From contig JBCBZT010000068.1 of assembly GCA_039815185.1 (NCBI GenBank), positions 1-32,006 on the forward strand: a stretch of DNA of 32,006 nucleotides, in the 5' to 3' direction. The stretch comes from Cyanobacteria bacterium P01_A01_bin.123 (GTDB lineage Bacteria; Cyanobacteriota; Cyanobacteriia; Phormidesmidales; Phormidesmidaceae). The notes beneath the pieces were generated by a model. The model had not been told where the DNA came from, ran no database searches, and worked only from the letters and a program-made list of their open reading frames with translations. Below are positions 10,001 through 18,543 of the stretch, piece after piece. Position 1 is the stretch's first letter. The number at the start of each line of letters is the position of its first letter. Made by a program: the position numbers and the translations under genes.

Positions 10001-11025
10001 GCAGTCCGCGATTCTATCTGCTGTTCGAGTTCAACGTTGCGACTTTCCAGCAGAGTAACCTTCTCTGCCTCTAGACGCATCACTTTTTGCCCCAATCCCT
10101 TGGCTAGGTCGTACAAATGCACAGGGTTAAAAGCCTGTAGCAAACTGCTTTGGGTCACAAGGCCCAGCAGTTCTCCTTGCTCCCCTGTGACGACCAGATG
10201 ATAGGTGTTGTGTTGCTCCATCATCTGCTCAACCACCCGAAAGGACGCCTGGGGTTTGACCTCAAAACTCAAGGTACGCATCACCGCCCCAGCCTGGCAG
10301 TTTTCTAGCGCCAAGCCCAATCCCTGCAACTGCACCAAATCCTGGCCGATCAAAATTCCGACGGGTCGGGGGCCTGTGTTAGTGGAGTCGTCGCCCGGTT
10401 CCACCAACACCACTGCATCGGCACAGTGGTCTACCATCTGTTGAGCAATCTTGATGAGCGGTGTATTGGGTGCAGCGCAGACCAACTCAGTGGTCATCGC
10501 ATCCTTAACCTGACGCAATCGCATTAGGTCTGATGGACGAACAGCTTGGCATAAACTCTCGTGGGTGACCACCCCCATAAGCCGATCGTGCCTATCCAAG
10601 ATGGGCAAATGCCGAACCCGGTATTGCTGAAGCAAGGTGATCGCAGAAAATAAATCGGTAAAAGCAGGTTCACGCAACGTGTTCACGGGATAGGTCATGG
10701 CCTGTTGCACCACCAACCCATCAAGCGAAATCTTCTGGGCGCTCAGTCGGAGCACATCCCATTGGGTCATCATCCCGACCAGCTGCCCATCGTCCACAAC
10801 CAGCACACAACTCAACCGGATTTCTGGAAAGGCAGCAGTCAGATCTGGATCTGGTCTGGGAAAGTGATCCGCTAATTTCCCCGCAGAAACATGGCCGGTT
10901 CTATGAAGGCCAATCATTTGGGCGATCGCATTGCTGACGGTCGTATCAGGCGAAACCACGATAGGGTCACGAACGATCGCGGCCTTAAATTCTATTGGAT
11001 TCAGAGCCGTGGCATGGGGAAACAT
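7003..11025 (-). CDS. Hybrid sensor histidine kinase: 4xCBS-GAF-3xPAS-HisKA-HATPase-REC
   Basis: CBS repeats (VRHLPILD..GVVT); GAF (LLGCDRV...LWGLL...REW); PAS/PAC (DISDRK, DLTER); H-box FLANMSHELRT; NLLNNAVKFT, DTGIGI and GTGLGL; receiver LLAEDN...DLILMDVQMP...KP. An alternative start exists at 11061. Confidence 0.93.
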   Translation of the reverse strand: MFPHATALNPIEFKAAIVRDPIVVSPDTTVSNAIAQMIGLHRTGHVSAGKLADHFPRPDPDLTAAFPEIRLSCVLVVDDGQLVGMMTQWDVLRLSAQKISLDGLVVQQAMTYPVNTLREPAFTDLFSAITLLQQYRVRHLPILDRHDRLMGVVTHESLCQAVRPSDLMRLRQVKDAMTTELVCAAPNTPLIKIAQQMVDHCADAVVLVEPGDDSTNTGPRPVGILIGQDLVQLQGLGLALENCQAGAVMRTLSFEVKPQASFRVVEQMMEQHNTYHLVVTGEQGELLGLVTQSSLLQAFNPVHLYDLAKGLGQKVMRLEAEKVTLLESRNVELEQQIESRTAVLKAKAEREKIVADLAMQIRSSLSLQTILETTVDQVRQLLGCDRVNIWQFDTDWHSVVVAESTDSALSFVGERIDNLWFEPMSVEVYRQGWIQVLPDIDTVDLPDGYRELLIGLQTRTKILVPLLCGDQLWGLLNVIESQYAREWKPEDVELLQALSTHMAIALQQAITHQQLQAELKERRQAEARLRESEQRYASLAAAAPVGIFRFDAAGRCIYVNDRWLQISGFTAEAAMGDGWQDLIYPGDRNRVVRDWAKSIRENKPSQGEYRLQRPDHKLVWVWVQTIAEQNEQGQLMGYVGTVTDISDRKQVEQQLHQLNQALEAKVEERTAALQEREARYRALVDKASDAIVVADLQGNLLEANYKMEALFGYPREQLTQMNQSQLCPPEDLSYFNATFGEVVKGTRTETLNARILRQDGQIVPVDITATRVKIGDTLIIQGIFRDLTERMKSEKALRESQQFLQTVLDSFPLCVFWKDRNSVYLGCNQTFVSTSGFESSDQIIGKTDRDLWPETDAQLYWEDDQQVMESGVPKLEIIKTQLRADGTITWSETNKVPLRDLDGVVIGVLGIYQDISDRKRAEQLIHQAQQQLTERNEELAISNQELARATRLKDEFLANMSHELRTPFNAILGMAEGLQEGVFGAINTDQMKALKSIERSGSHLLEVINDILDVAKIESGHFTLDCTATAVVPLCQSSLTFIKQQALKKHIQLDIKHPRHLPDLWIDERRIRQVLINLLNNAVKFTPEGGRVTLAVSIQAGSGILDGTDTPPQSFLRMAVIDTGIGIAPEYISNLFQPFIQIDSDLSRQYTGTGLGLVLVKRIVELHGGKVGLTSEVGVGSCFTIDLPCVAADVDFCEAEPQDDSSFEPSQPDSIESPLILLAEDNDANIATISSYLRVKGYRLLVVKNGADAIAVAQAETPDLILMDVQMPGMSGLDAIQQIRCDPALSNIPIITLTALAMVGDRESCLAAGANEYLSKPVKLKQLVTTMQQLLSLKPS

Positions 11026-11120
11026 GGCTTTATGCGGTCTTACTCCCCCTTTGATTCCCATTAGCGGCTATAAAATCACCTCAATTGAGAAGTTTTCAAC
11101 ACCCAACCAACGGTTCACCA

Positions 11121-11945
11121 TCACCATTGTTGAGCCCAGGCAGGTGCAGGGGTAGGGTTTGGCTCAAGCGGGGCTAAATCTGCTTCAAATAAGAGGGTCG
11201 GGCCATGGGCGTCTAGGTTCCGAACTTGCAGCTTGCCACAGCGGGTAGCAACCAATAGTTGCCCATTCTGATCCCAGTCTGCCCATTGGAGATCATCCAG
11301 CAGTACCCAGTCGCCATTAGATCCTAAGGAATAGCAAATGCTTAACCCATCTACTGCCTGGTTGACCCCAAACTCGCCGCCTGCTCGCCCCAAACTTTCG
11401 ACGCAGAGCAGGCATTGACCACCTGGTTGACGTTTCTGCAGACGGGCATTTCGCCGTTCATCCCAAAAGGCTCGATTAGGATGACGTGGCGGAGAGTCTG
11501 GTGCTTCCTGCCAACCGCGACGGCGTTCATTGGCAAACTGAATGACTGGCGTGGGACTTAAGCCATAGGGAATTGGGAGTTGCTGATCTTCAATCTGATC
11601 ACAGCTTTCATTTTCGGTAAAGTAATAACCCCGTGTCCAGGTGCCGCAGGTGCCAAAAGCATGGAGAGCCGCCAACCAAGGGAGTTTCGAGATGGCAATG
11701 TAAGCTTCGCCATGCTCCCAAGTTGCGTTGGTTTTATGGGCAAAGTAGATCAGCCAGCGACCATCGGGTGAGAGATCACAACGACGTGGAAAGATCCGCC
11801 CATGCAGCCAGGCTCCGGGTTCATAGTGGCCCCGTGCCAAGTCCCATCGACCGATCTGAGCCCATTCTGTCGGCCCGCGTCGAAACACGGCAACGACTGG
11901 TGCCTTGGTTGCTGGGATGCAATAAAGGCGCGGACTAACGTTCAC
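11121..11945 (-). CDS. Hypothetical Trp-rich protein, possible beta-propeller-like fold
   Basis: 274-aa ORF with DLSPDGRWLIY and WADWDQNGQLLVAT propeller-like blades; GTG start. Confidence 0.7.
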   Translation of the reverse strand: MNVSPRLYCIPATKAPVVAVFRRGPTEWAQIGRWDLARGHYEPGAWLHGRIFPRRCDLSPDGRWLIYFAHKTNATWEHGEAYIAISKLPWLAALHAFGTCGTWTRGYYFTENESCDQIEDQQLPIPYGLSPTPVIQFANERRRGWQEAPDSPPRHPNRAFWDERRNARLQKRQPGGQCLLCVESLGRAGGEFGVNQAVDGLSICYSLGSNGDWVLLDDLQWADWDQNGQLLVATRCGKLQVRNLDAHGPTLLFEADLAPLEPNPTPAPAWAQQW

Positions 11946-12071
11946 TTTGATACCTGTAGCAATGGACGATGTCCCATGCTGGTTTTTTGCGCTGATAGGT
12001 TGTTCAAATTGTATTTTACAGCTACAGGATGGTGAAACAGTTAGTCCCTAAATTTGGATTCAGACCAAGAC

Positions 12072-12755
12072 TTACTCTTCAGGTAAGTGCTGATGGGCCA
12101 GATATCCACTCACCAGTAACGCGATAAAAATAGCGGGATAAATTTGCCCAACTAAGGCTTCTAAGACCGTAAGTACAGATGCGATTTCAGTGACTGGAAC
12201 AATATCACCAAATCCTAAAGTTGTGAGCGTAACAAAGCTGAAATACAGTACGTTCAAATAAGAGGTTTCGGTAAGAAGTTCACTTGAAAAAGAACTGGTA
12301 TCAAGAGTGTAAACGATGCTGTAGAGTAATGCCCAAAAATAGCCCAGCAGCAGATAGACACAGACCCCTCCCCGAACCGTATCCATGGTAACTCGTGATG
12401 TTTGAAGGATGCGCTGCAGAATCAGTAGCGCTGCTGAGCCAAAGAAGAGTGCATAGATAATTTGAACCGTCAGAGCAGGCGCGATCGCTCTAGATATCCA
12501 GCCTAGGGTGAGCATTATATCCAGCAGGAATCCAACGGTCGCGATCGCCACAAAGAGTATGAACAGCGATCGCTTCAGCTGATACGACTGAACAATCAAA
12601 AATGTGATGTGGAAAAATAAAAAGGAAGCCACAATATCCCCCAGACCTCCATGCACAAAGGGAATAATCAAGAACCTCAACACAATGATAATCAAGAGCT
12701 GGTTGTATTTAGGCGGAGAAATTGGACGATTAATAAACGAAGACTCTACAGCCAT
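12072..12755 (-). CDS. Potassium channel family protein (Ion_trans_2)
   Basis: Pore motif LYFSFVTLTTLGFGDIVP followed by EALVGQIY; multiple TM segments. ATG 12755 is preferred over the upstream extension to 12881. Confidence 0.9.
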   Translation of the reverse strand: MAVESSFINRPISPPKYNQLLIIIVLRFLIIPFVHGGLGDIVASFLFFHITFLIVQSYQLKRSLFILFVAIATVGFLLDIMLTLGWISRAIAPALTVQIIYALFFGSAALLILQRILQTSRVTMDTVRGGVCVYLLLGYFWALLYSIVYTLDTSSFSSELLTETSYLNVLYFSFVTLTTLGFGDIVPVTEIASVLTVLEALVGQIYPAIFIALLVSGYLAHQHLPEE

Positions 12756-13040
12756 CACTTCACACCAAGATTGTAAATAAGCGATTAGCCTAAACCATAT
12801 CCGATTTGAAGACTGGAGTTGTCCCCATAGGCAAAAACCGGAGAGCTGGATGTGATCAAGGTTTATCGAAAGGGTGCTCACCGTATTTGCCCTACTTACA
12901 CCTCCGGAATCAGCAGATGCAAATCAAAATTGCCCCCATGGTGAATGACATGGATACTGCGATTGAAGGAAACATCTTTGTTGCTATTTTTTATCGCAAT
13001 GACGGTCACATCCTCGAATGACAATAGTTCGTCTAGCAAT

Positions 13041-13078
13041 AATCAATCCAGATGTTTAAACAATCAATCCAGATGTTT
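13041..13078. repeat. 17-bp direct repeat duplicating the esterase 3' end
   Basis: AATCAATCCAGATGTTT at 13041-13057 and 13062-13078; the second copy contains the stop codon of the esterase. Confidence 0.85.
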
Positions 13079-13963
13079 CCTCAGCCAAGCGAAAATCTTC
13101 GCAGTATTTTCTGCGTTCTCAAATTCTTGACCCCCATGGCCAGCACCGTCTAGAAGCTCAAAGACGACTTTATCCTCTCCTATGGCTGCTGAAAGCTTAT
13201 CAGCAAAATTCTTTGACTGGAGATAAGGAACGTTAGTGTCCGCACTTCCATGCTGAATATACATCGGCGGGTCACTAGAATCGATGTAGGTTTCTGGGTT
13301 TGCGTCCGTGACCAGAACAGCTGCTTCGTCAGTTCCTACGATCACTCCGAGGTACCTTGACTCAGGAGAGCTATCCGAACTTGTTTTGCCCATTTTGGGC
13401 TCTAGTCCAAGCTGTTCAAATTGCGCGTCCATTGTATCGAACTCAATAGGGCCAAACCAATTCACAGCAGCTCGAACATCAGTCTCGTCCTTAGCATTAC
13501 CTTTGGTTGCGACCATGGTGGCGAGATTGCCTCCAGCAGAACTACCCCAGACTGCAATTCTGTTGGGGTCGATATTATAGGCCTCAGCATTCGCCTTGAG
13601 GAACCGAACTGCATCTAAAGAATCATTTACAGCGGCGGGAAACAGTGCTTCGCCCGAAAGTCTGTAATCAATGGTCACAAAAGCGTAGCCCTTGAGCAAG
13701 GTGGGCTGTGCGATTGCATTAGCACCGCCATGTTTATTACCAGCCATAAAACCTCCTCCATGAATATACAGAATAGTCGGATATGGAGGGTCACCAGTTT
13801 TCGGCAGAAAAATATCTAAATTTTGGGAAGGAGATTCGTTCGCATACTCAATAGACTTCCAATGTTTTGATACATTCTTCTGGCTGATCGTCGTTAGACC
13901 ACAGCCCAACATTCCAAAGGAAAAGATAGCACCAAATAGTACTCTGAAAAGCCAAAAACGCAT
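13064..13963 (-). CDS. Alpha/beta hydrolase (HSL/BD-FAE-like esterase), probable lipoprotein
   Basis: HGGG oxyanion motif, GSSAG nucleophile elbow, HGSAD and GAGHG; N-terminal lipobox MLGC. Confidence 0.9.
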   Translation of the reverse strand: MRFWLFRVLFGAIFSFGMLGCGLTTISQKNVSKHWKSIEYANESPSQNLDIFLPKTGDPPYPTILYIHGGGFMAGNKHGGANAIAQPTLLKGYAFVTIDYRLSGEALFPAAVNDSLDAVRFLKANAEAYNIDPNRIAVWGSSAGGNLATMVATKGNAKDETDVRAAVNWFGPIEFDTMDAQFEQLGLEPKMGKTSSDSSPESRYLGVIVGTDEAAVLVTDANPETYIDSSDPPMYIQHGSADTNVPYLQSKNFADKLSAAIGEDKVVFELLDGAGHGGQEFENAENTAKIFAWLRKHLD

Positions 13964-14218
13964 GATGAATTAATTCCAACTCATAGGGTGGATGCCATAA
14001 GCGTAAATATTATTAGACAGGTTGAATTAGTTGAGCCGCTGCACTGTCGCTAATTACCCCTTCAGCAACAAGCTCCTCAACGGCTTCATTTTGGAACGTT
14101 CGCGCAATCCGATCGCAGCAAAGCAAGCTAACAACAAAAGGATAAGAATATCAATCCCTGTGGCCAGAAGCAGATTATCCATCGCATTATGGGCTAGAGA
14201 ACAGCAAGATTTAATTGC

Positions 14219-14464
14219 TTAATTGCGACGCCAGTCAAAGGAGGGCAGCTCATCCCCCATGAAAGATTTAATAGTTTCATGGAACGTTCTAAGTTCCTCG
14301 TAGGTCACTTTGCCGTCAGCCCAAATGATTGACTTTATATGAGCAATTTCATCCTCATTTAGAACACCATCAGCCAACGCGGCTTCCACCACGGCTTTTA
14401 ATTTTTCAAGATGCTGAGTTTCTTCAGGGGTTAGTGCCTTGGCATTTGATCTTTCAATTTCCAT
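14219..14464 (-). CDS. Small acidic hypothetical protein with two ADG-x4/5-E motifs (TerB/EF-hand-like)
   Basis: ADGVLNEDE and ADGKVTYEE; AGGAG RBS; start overlaps the end of the upstream HXXEE gene. Confidence 0.75.
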   Translation of the reverse strand: MEIERSNAKALTPEETQHLEKLKAVVEAALADGVLNEDEIAHIKSIIWADGKVTYEELRTFHETIKSFMGDELPSFDWRRN

Positions 14465-15251
14465 GGGTAGCTCCTATTACTGGATGGACATTACTCTGAG
14501 CATTGAATAAAAATGCGGGAAAGACTGACCACAGGATCAGCGCAGCGAAGTAAGCAGACTCAGGAATAAGATCAAACCAGTTAGCTGCTAGCAACCCAAT
14601 CACCATGATGATGTGCGCCAGAATTGCCCAAGCGATACTCGCAATTACTTGTACTTTAGCAGCAGAATTTGTTACGAGCACATGTCTGTAAAAAGCGATC
14701 GCGAGCGGCAGAAAGATAACAACTGCCGTGAGCAGTCCAGGATTGTAGGACTGTTTAATGATCCCTAAGCCGACATGACTAATTCCATTGATCAGGGTGA
14801 TACCAGCCATGGCAAGAGACGGAAAGATATGGCCAGGACTACGCCAGATCGCAATGGCACCAATCAACCAAACTAAGGAAGTATTGATGACAAAAATTGA
14901 TTCAGGCGTTAACAGTCCAACCGCTGTGTCTGGAGCACTCAGTACATCCAATAGCAGCTGATTAACATCACCATAAAATGCATACTGACGACCCAAAAGA
15001 TCAATCCAATGCTCCTCAAACTGATGAATGATGTAGGCCACCAGCAGCAACACTGCTATCAACTTGATGTCAGAGAGAACTGAATCCGTTTGCTTTGTTC
15101 TGGATGAAAAGAACGTCAGCAGAATGAAGGGGACTGCGTAGGTGCCGACCTTCATCCAATTTTCGATGAGAAACTCGTATTGTCCCAGCGGTGCCCAAAG
15201 CATAAAAACCAGAAGGATAATAGCCGCAAATGCAAGTTTTGAGTTGTTCAT
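14454..15251 (-). CDS. HXXEE domain membrane protein
   Basis: HQFEEH, N...H (INGISH) and YNPGL motifs; about 7-8 TM segments; starts a few bp after the RND stop. Confidence 0.85.
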   Translation of the reverse strand: MNNSKLAFAAIILLVFMLWAPLGQYEFLIENWMKVGTYAVPFILLTFFSSRTKQTDSVLSDIKLIAVLLLVAYIIHQFEEHWIDLLGRQYAFYGDVNQLLLDVLSAPDTAVGLLTPESIFVINTSLVWLIGAIAIWRSPGHIFPSLAMAGITLINGISHVGLGIIKQSYNPGLLTAVVIFLPLAIAFYRHVLVTNSAAKVQVIASIAWAILAHIIMVIGLLAANWFDLIPESAYFAALILWSVFPAFLFNAQSNVHPVIGATHGN

Positions 15252-15258
15252 AGCTGGG

Positions 15259-18200
15259 TTATCTCTCTTCAATGACCGGGGTCTTAGGCGTCAGCTGCAA
15301 ATACAATCCCGGCACCACCAGCAGCGCAATTAGGGTAGCGGACAGCAGGCCAAAAATGATTGCCATACAGAGACCAAACCACTTGGCCTCACTAAACGCC
15401 AGGGGTAGCAGGCCGATGATCGTAGTGGTGCTAGTGGTGAGAATAGGCCGGAGGCGATCGCTGGCCCCATGAGCCGCCGCGTGGCGCACATCTGAGCCTG
15501 CCTTCAGCTTGGCGTTCATGGTGTCGACCATGACGATGGCGTCATTGACCACGATGCCGGTCAGCGCAATGACGCCGATCATGGCGGGAAACGAGAACGA
15601 AAGACCTATGAGGAAAAAGCCAATAAACGTACCGATTAGGGCAAACACAATTGTCAGCATGATGATGATCGGCTGGGTATAGGAGCCAAACTGCAGCACC
15701 AGCAGCGCGAAGATCAAGAAAATGGCCACAATCAGCATTTGCCCCGCTGACGCAAAGGTTTCTCCGCTCGTTTCGGCATCGCCCCCAAACTGATAGCGGT
15801 AGCCCCGGGGCCAGTGACCCGCCTCTAGATTGGCTTCATCGCTCAGAGCTGGGTCATACAGTAGCGCATCCAGTTTAGGGGTCAGATCCGCCAGGATCTG
15901 AGTGTCGTAGTAATCCCCCGTGGGAATTGTTTTTGCCAGTACCGTGACGCTGCGCTCGGTATCGCGATGGGTAATGGATAGGGGGACCGCCCCTTCGACC
16001 CTCTCTAGCACGGCATCAGCCGCGATCGCCTCGCCCTCGTCATTGATAAAGCGAATCGAGGCAAACTCATCCAGGCGGGAAGGGCCGCCGATGTCACCTG
16101 CCTGCGAGGGCCAGCGGGTGCTGAGGCGAATTTCTAAATCTTCTTCACCACTGCCGATCGGGTAGTCACCGATGTCGTTGTCAATCATCAAATAGCGCCC
16201 CTGCAGGCCCAAATCATTCTGGCTAATGCCATAGAAGTCTAGGGCTTCTCGCCGGGGCACGAGCTTATAGTCTGTCCGCAAGTTGCCCAAATCATCTCGC
16301 ACGTCCATGGTGCCCGGCAGATTGCGCAAAACCTCTTGGGTCTGGGCAGAAATCTGCCGCAGCGTCTGCATGTCTTCCCCATAGAGTTCAACCTGAATGG
16401 CGTCCTCACTATCGGCGGCCCGTTCATACTGGAGCGCTAGAATCGCGCCGGGGTAGTCTCTCAGAATCTCGGCGTCAATCGTCTCTCGGAGTTCAGGAAT
16501 ATAGGCATAAGAATCTTGCTGGCGTTGCGATCGCGCCACCATCACTGCAGAGAGCCCGACAAAATAATCGGAACTCTCCGGCTTGAGTTCGCTGGAAGAC
16601 ACCAGGTTGCTGCGCTGCCCCACCAGTTTGGTAATGTTCTCAAATACGATGGTGTCATCTGCATCAGTGTAGGTGCGCAAGAATTCACCGAGGCGGTCGG
16701 CCACTTCTTCAGACAGCTCCAGAGTGGCTTCCGGTGGCAGCTCCACATTGACACTCAGCTTAGTGCCTTCAGACTGGGGAAATAGCGAAAATGGTAGGGT
16801 CGTGAACAGCACCGTCGCAAAGACAAATAGACCGATGGCCGCCAGCGTCCAGAGGCGAGCCACGTGGCGATTGGGCACCGTATACTTCAGACTCCAATCG
16901 GCAAACTTCGTAGTCACCTTTTCAGTCAGGCGATCCACAAAGGTTTGCTGGGCTCCGTGGGCATTGCCTAAGAGGAATTTTGACAGTGGCACCACGGCCA
17001 TGAGGGCAATAATATAGCTCAGCACCAAACAGACAATCGCGCTGATCGGAATCAGCCGGACGAACTTCCCCATGGTGCCAGAAATTGCCATCAGCGGAGC
17101 CATGGCCAAAATCGTGGTGAGCTGGCCCGCAAATGCTGACCCCGCATAGGTCTGAACAGTCTCAATGGCAGCTTCCGGGAACGGCAGACCTTTCACAAAG
17201 ATGCCGTCGTGCAGGCCCTCTAGCATCAAAATAAAGACATCCACCAGTAGCCCCAATGCCAGGATCATGCCGATCATTACCATGGAGTTCAGGGTGTAGC
17301 CGCCCAGCCAGAGCACAAAAATGGCCCCGGCAAACGTCACCGGAATGGCTAATCCGGCAATCAAGGCTTCGCGCCAGGTGAGGGCAACCAGGAGAATGGC
17401 AAAGACACAAAGAGATGCCTGCAGGACGTTGCTCACCAAACTGAGCAGATCATCCATGATGGTGATGGAGTCGTCGGTGAGCACTTCGTACGCCATGCCA
17501 AAGGGCCAGATGTCAGGCTCCTGGGTCGCCGTTTCCATGGCCGCCAGCGCGTCTTCAACGACCTGAATCGTGTCACTACCGGCGACCTTGACCACCTCTA
17601 GGGTGACTGTCGGCTCAAAGGCTTCGCCCCGCAAACTTACAAATGCCTGGGATTCCTCCCGCTCTAACCCCTGATAGACATCGGCCACTTCATCCAGACG
17701 CACGACTCGATTGTCGTCCAGCCGAACGACGGGAACTCGCTTTAGATCCTCCAGGGTGCGAGGTCGACCGTATAGGCGTACCTGGGCTCCAATATCTTTA
17801 TCGCGCAGCAGATCCCAAGATTGGTCAAGATTATTGCCCTGAATCGCGTTGGCCACCTGGGTCGCCGAAATGCCTAGGCTAGTCAGGCGACTCGGCACCA
17901 TTTGCACATGAATCACCTCTTCCCGCCAGCCCAGCAGATCCACTTCGCGGACATTTTTGACCGATTCCAGACGCTCCTGCAAATCTTCAGCCGCCTGACT
18001 CAGGGTGGCCACATCCAACCCCTCTCCCGTGATGGCCAGGGTCAATACCGGCGCATCCTGCTGAGACACTTGCTCAAAGTCTGGGACTTCCCGACCCGTT
18101 GATTCTGCTGGGAGTTCTGAGTCGGCATCATCGACCTTGGCCCGCAGTTCCTGAATGGACGCATCCACTGGAGCTTCTGCTTTGAAAGCAATATTGATAA

Positions 18201-18543
18201 TCGAGAATGAGTTGAACGTCGCACTGGTGAAATCATCCAGACCTTGCAGACTCTTAATTTCCTCTTCTAGTTTATCGGTGACCTGGGTTTCGAGCGTTTC
18301 TGCGTCGGTGCCTGGCCAGCCCGTAGTAATCATGGCGCGGGCAATATTAATGTCGGGGTCGCCCTCTTTCACCATGGACAAATACCCCATAAATCCCCCC
18401 ATCATCAGCAGAAAACACAAAAGCGTGCCAAAAATCTGCTGAGTAAAAAAGAACCGCATCAGGGGAGAGCCTTCCTGAACGGAGTCGGCAGGCGGAGCTG
18501 CCTGGGGTGCCTCTACGGATGAGGGCCGCTCCTCTGTTTTCAT
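15259..18543 (-). CDS. RND efflux permease (AcrB/AcrD/AcrF family)
   Basis: 1094 aa with two large periplasmic loops and 12 TM; GLLVD, GIVVNDAIVMVD and RLRPIL.T motifs. Confidence 0.95.
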   Translation of the reverse strand: MKTEERPSSVEAPQAAPPADSVQEGSPLMRFFFTQQIFGTLLCFLLMMGGFMGYLSMVKEGDPDINIARAMITTGWPGTDAETLETQVTDKLEEEIKSLQGLDDFTSATFNSFSIINIAFKAEAPVDASIQELRAKVDDADSELPAESTGREVPDFEQVSQQDAPVLTLAITGEGLDVATLSQAAEDLQERLESVKNVREVDLLGWREEVIHVQMVPSRLTSLGISATQVANAIQGNNLDQSWDLLRDKDIGAQVRLYGRPRTLEDLKRVPVVRLDDNRVVRLDEVADVYQGLEREESQAFVSLRGEAFEPTVTLEVVKVAGSDTIQVVEDALAAMETATQEPDIWPFGMAYEVLTDDSITIMDDLLSLVSNVLQASLCVFAILLVALTWREALIAGLAIPVTFAGAIFVLWLGGYTLNSMVMIGMILALGLLVDVFILMLEGLHDGIFVKGLPFPEAAIETVQTYAGSAFAGQLTTILAMAPLMAISGTMGKFVRLIPISAIVCLVLSYIIALMAVVPLSKFLLGNAHGAQQTFVDRLTEKVTTKFADWSLKYTVPNRHVARLWTLAAIGLFVFATVLFTTLPFSLFPQSEGTKLSVNVELPPEATLELSEEVADRLGEFLRTYTDADDTIVFENITKLVGQRSNLVSSSELKPESSDYFVGLSAVMVARSQRQQDSYAYIPELRETIDAEILRDYPGAILALQYERAADSEDAIQVELYGEDMQTLRQISAQTQEVLRNLPGTMDVRDDLGNLRTDYKLVPRREALDFYGISQNDLGLQGRYLMIDNDIGDYPIGSGEEDLEIRLSTRWPSQAGDIGGPSRLDEFASIRFINDEGEAIAADAVLERVEGAVPLSITHRDTERSVTVLAKTIPTGDYYDTQILADLTPKLDALLYDPALSDEANLEAGHWPRGYRYQFGGDAETSGETFASAGQMLIVAIFLIFALLVLQFGSYTQPIIIMLTIVFALIGTFIGFFLIGLSFSFPAMIGVIALTGIVVNDAIVMVDTMNAKLKAGSDVRHAAAHGASDRLRPILTTSTTTIIGLLPLAFSEAKWFGLCMAIIFGLLSATLIALLVVPGLYLQLTPKTPVIEER

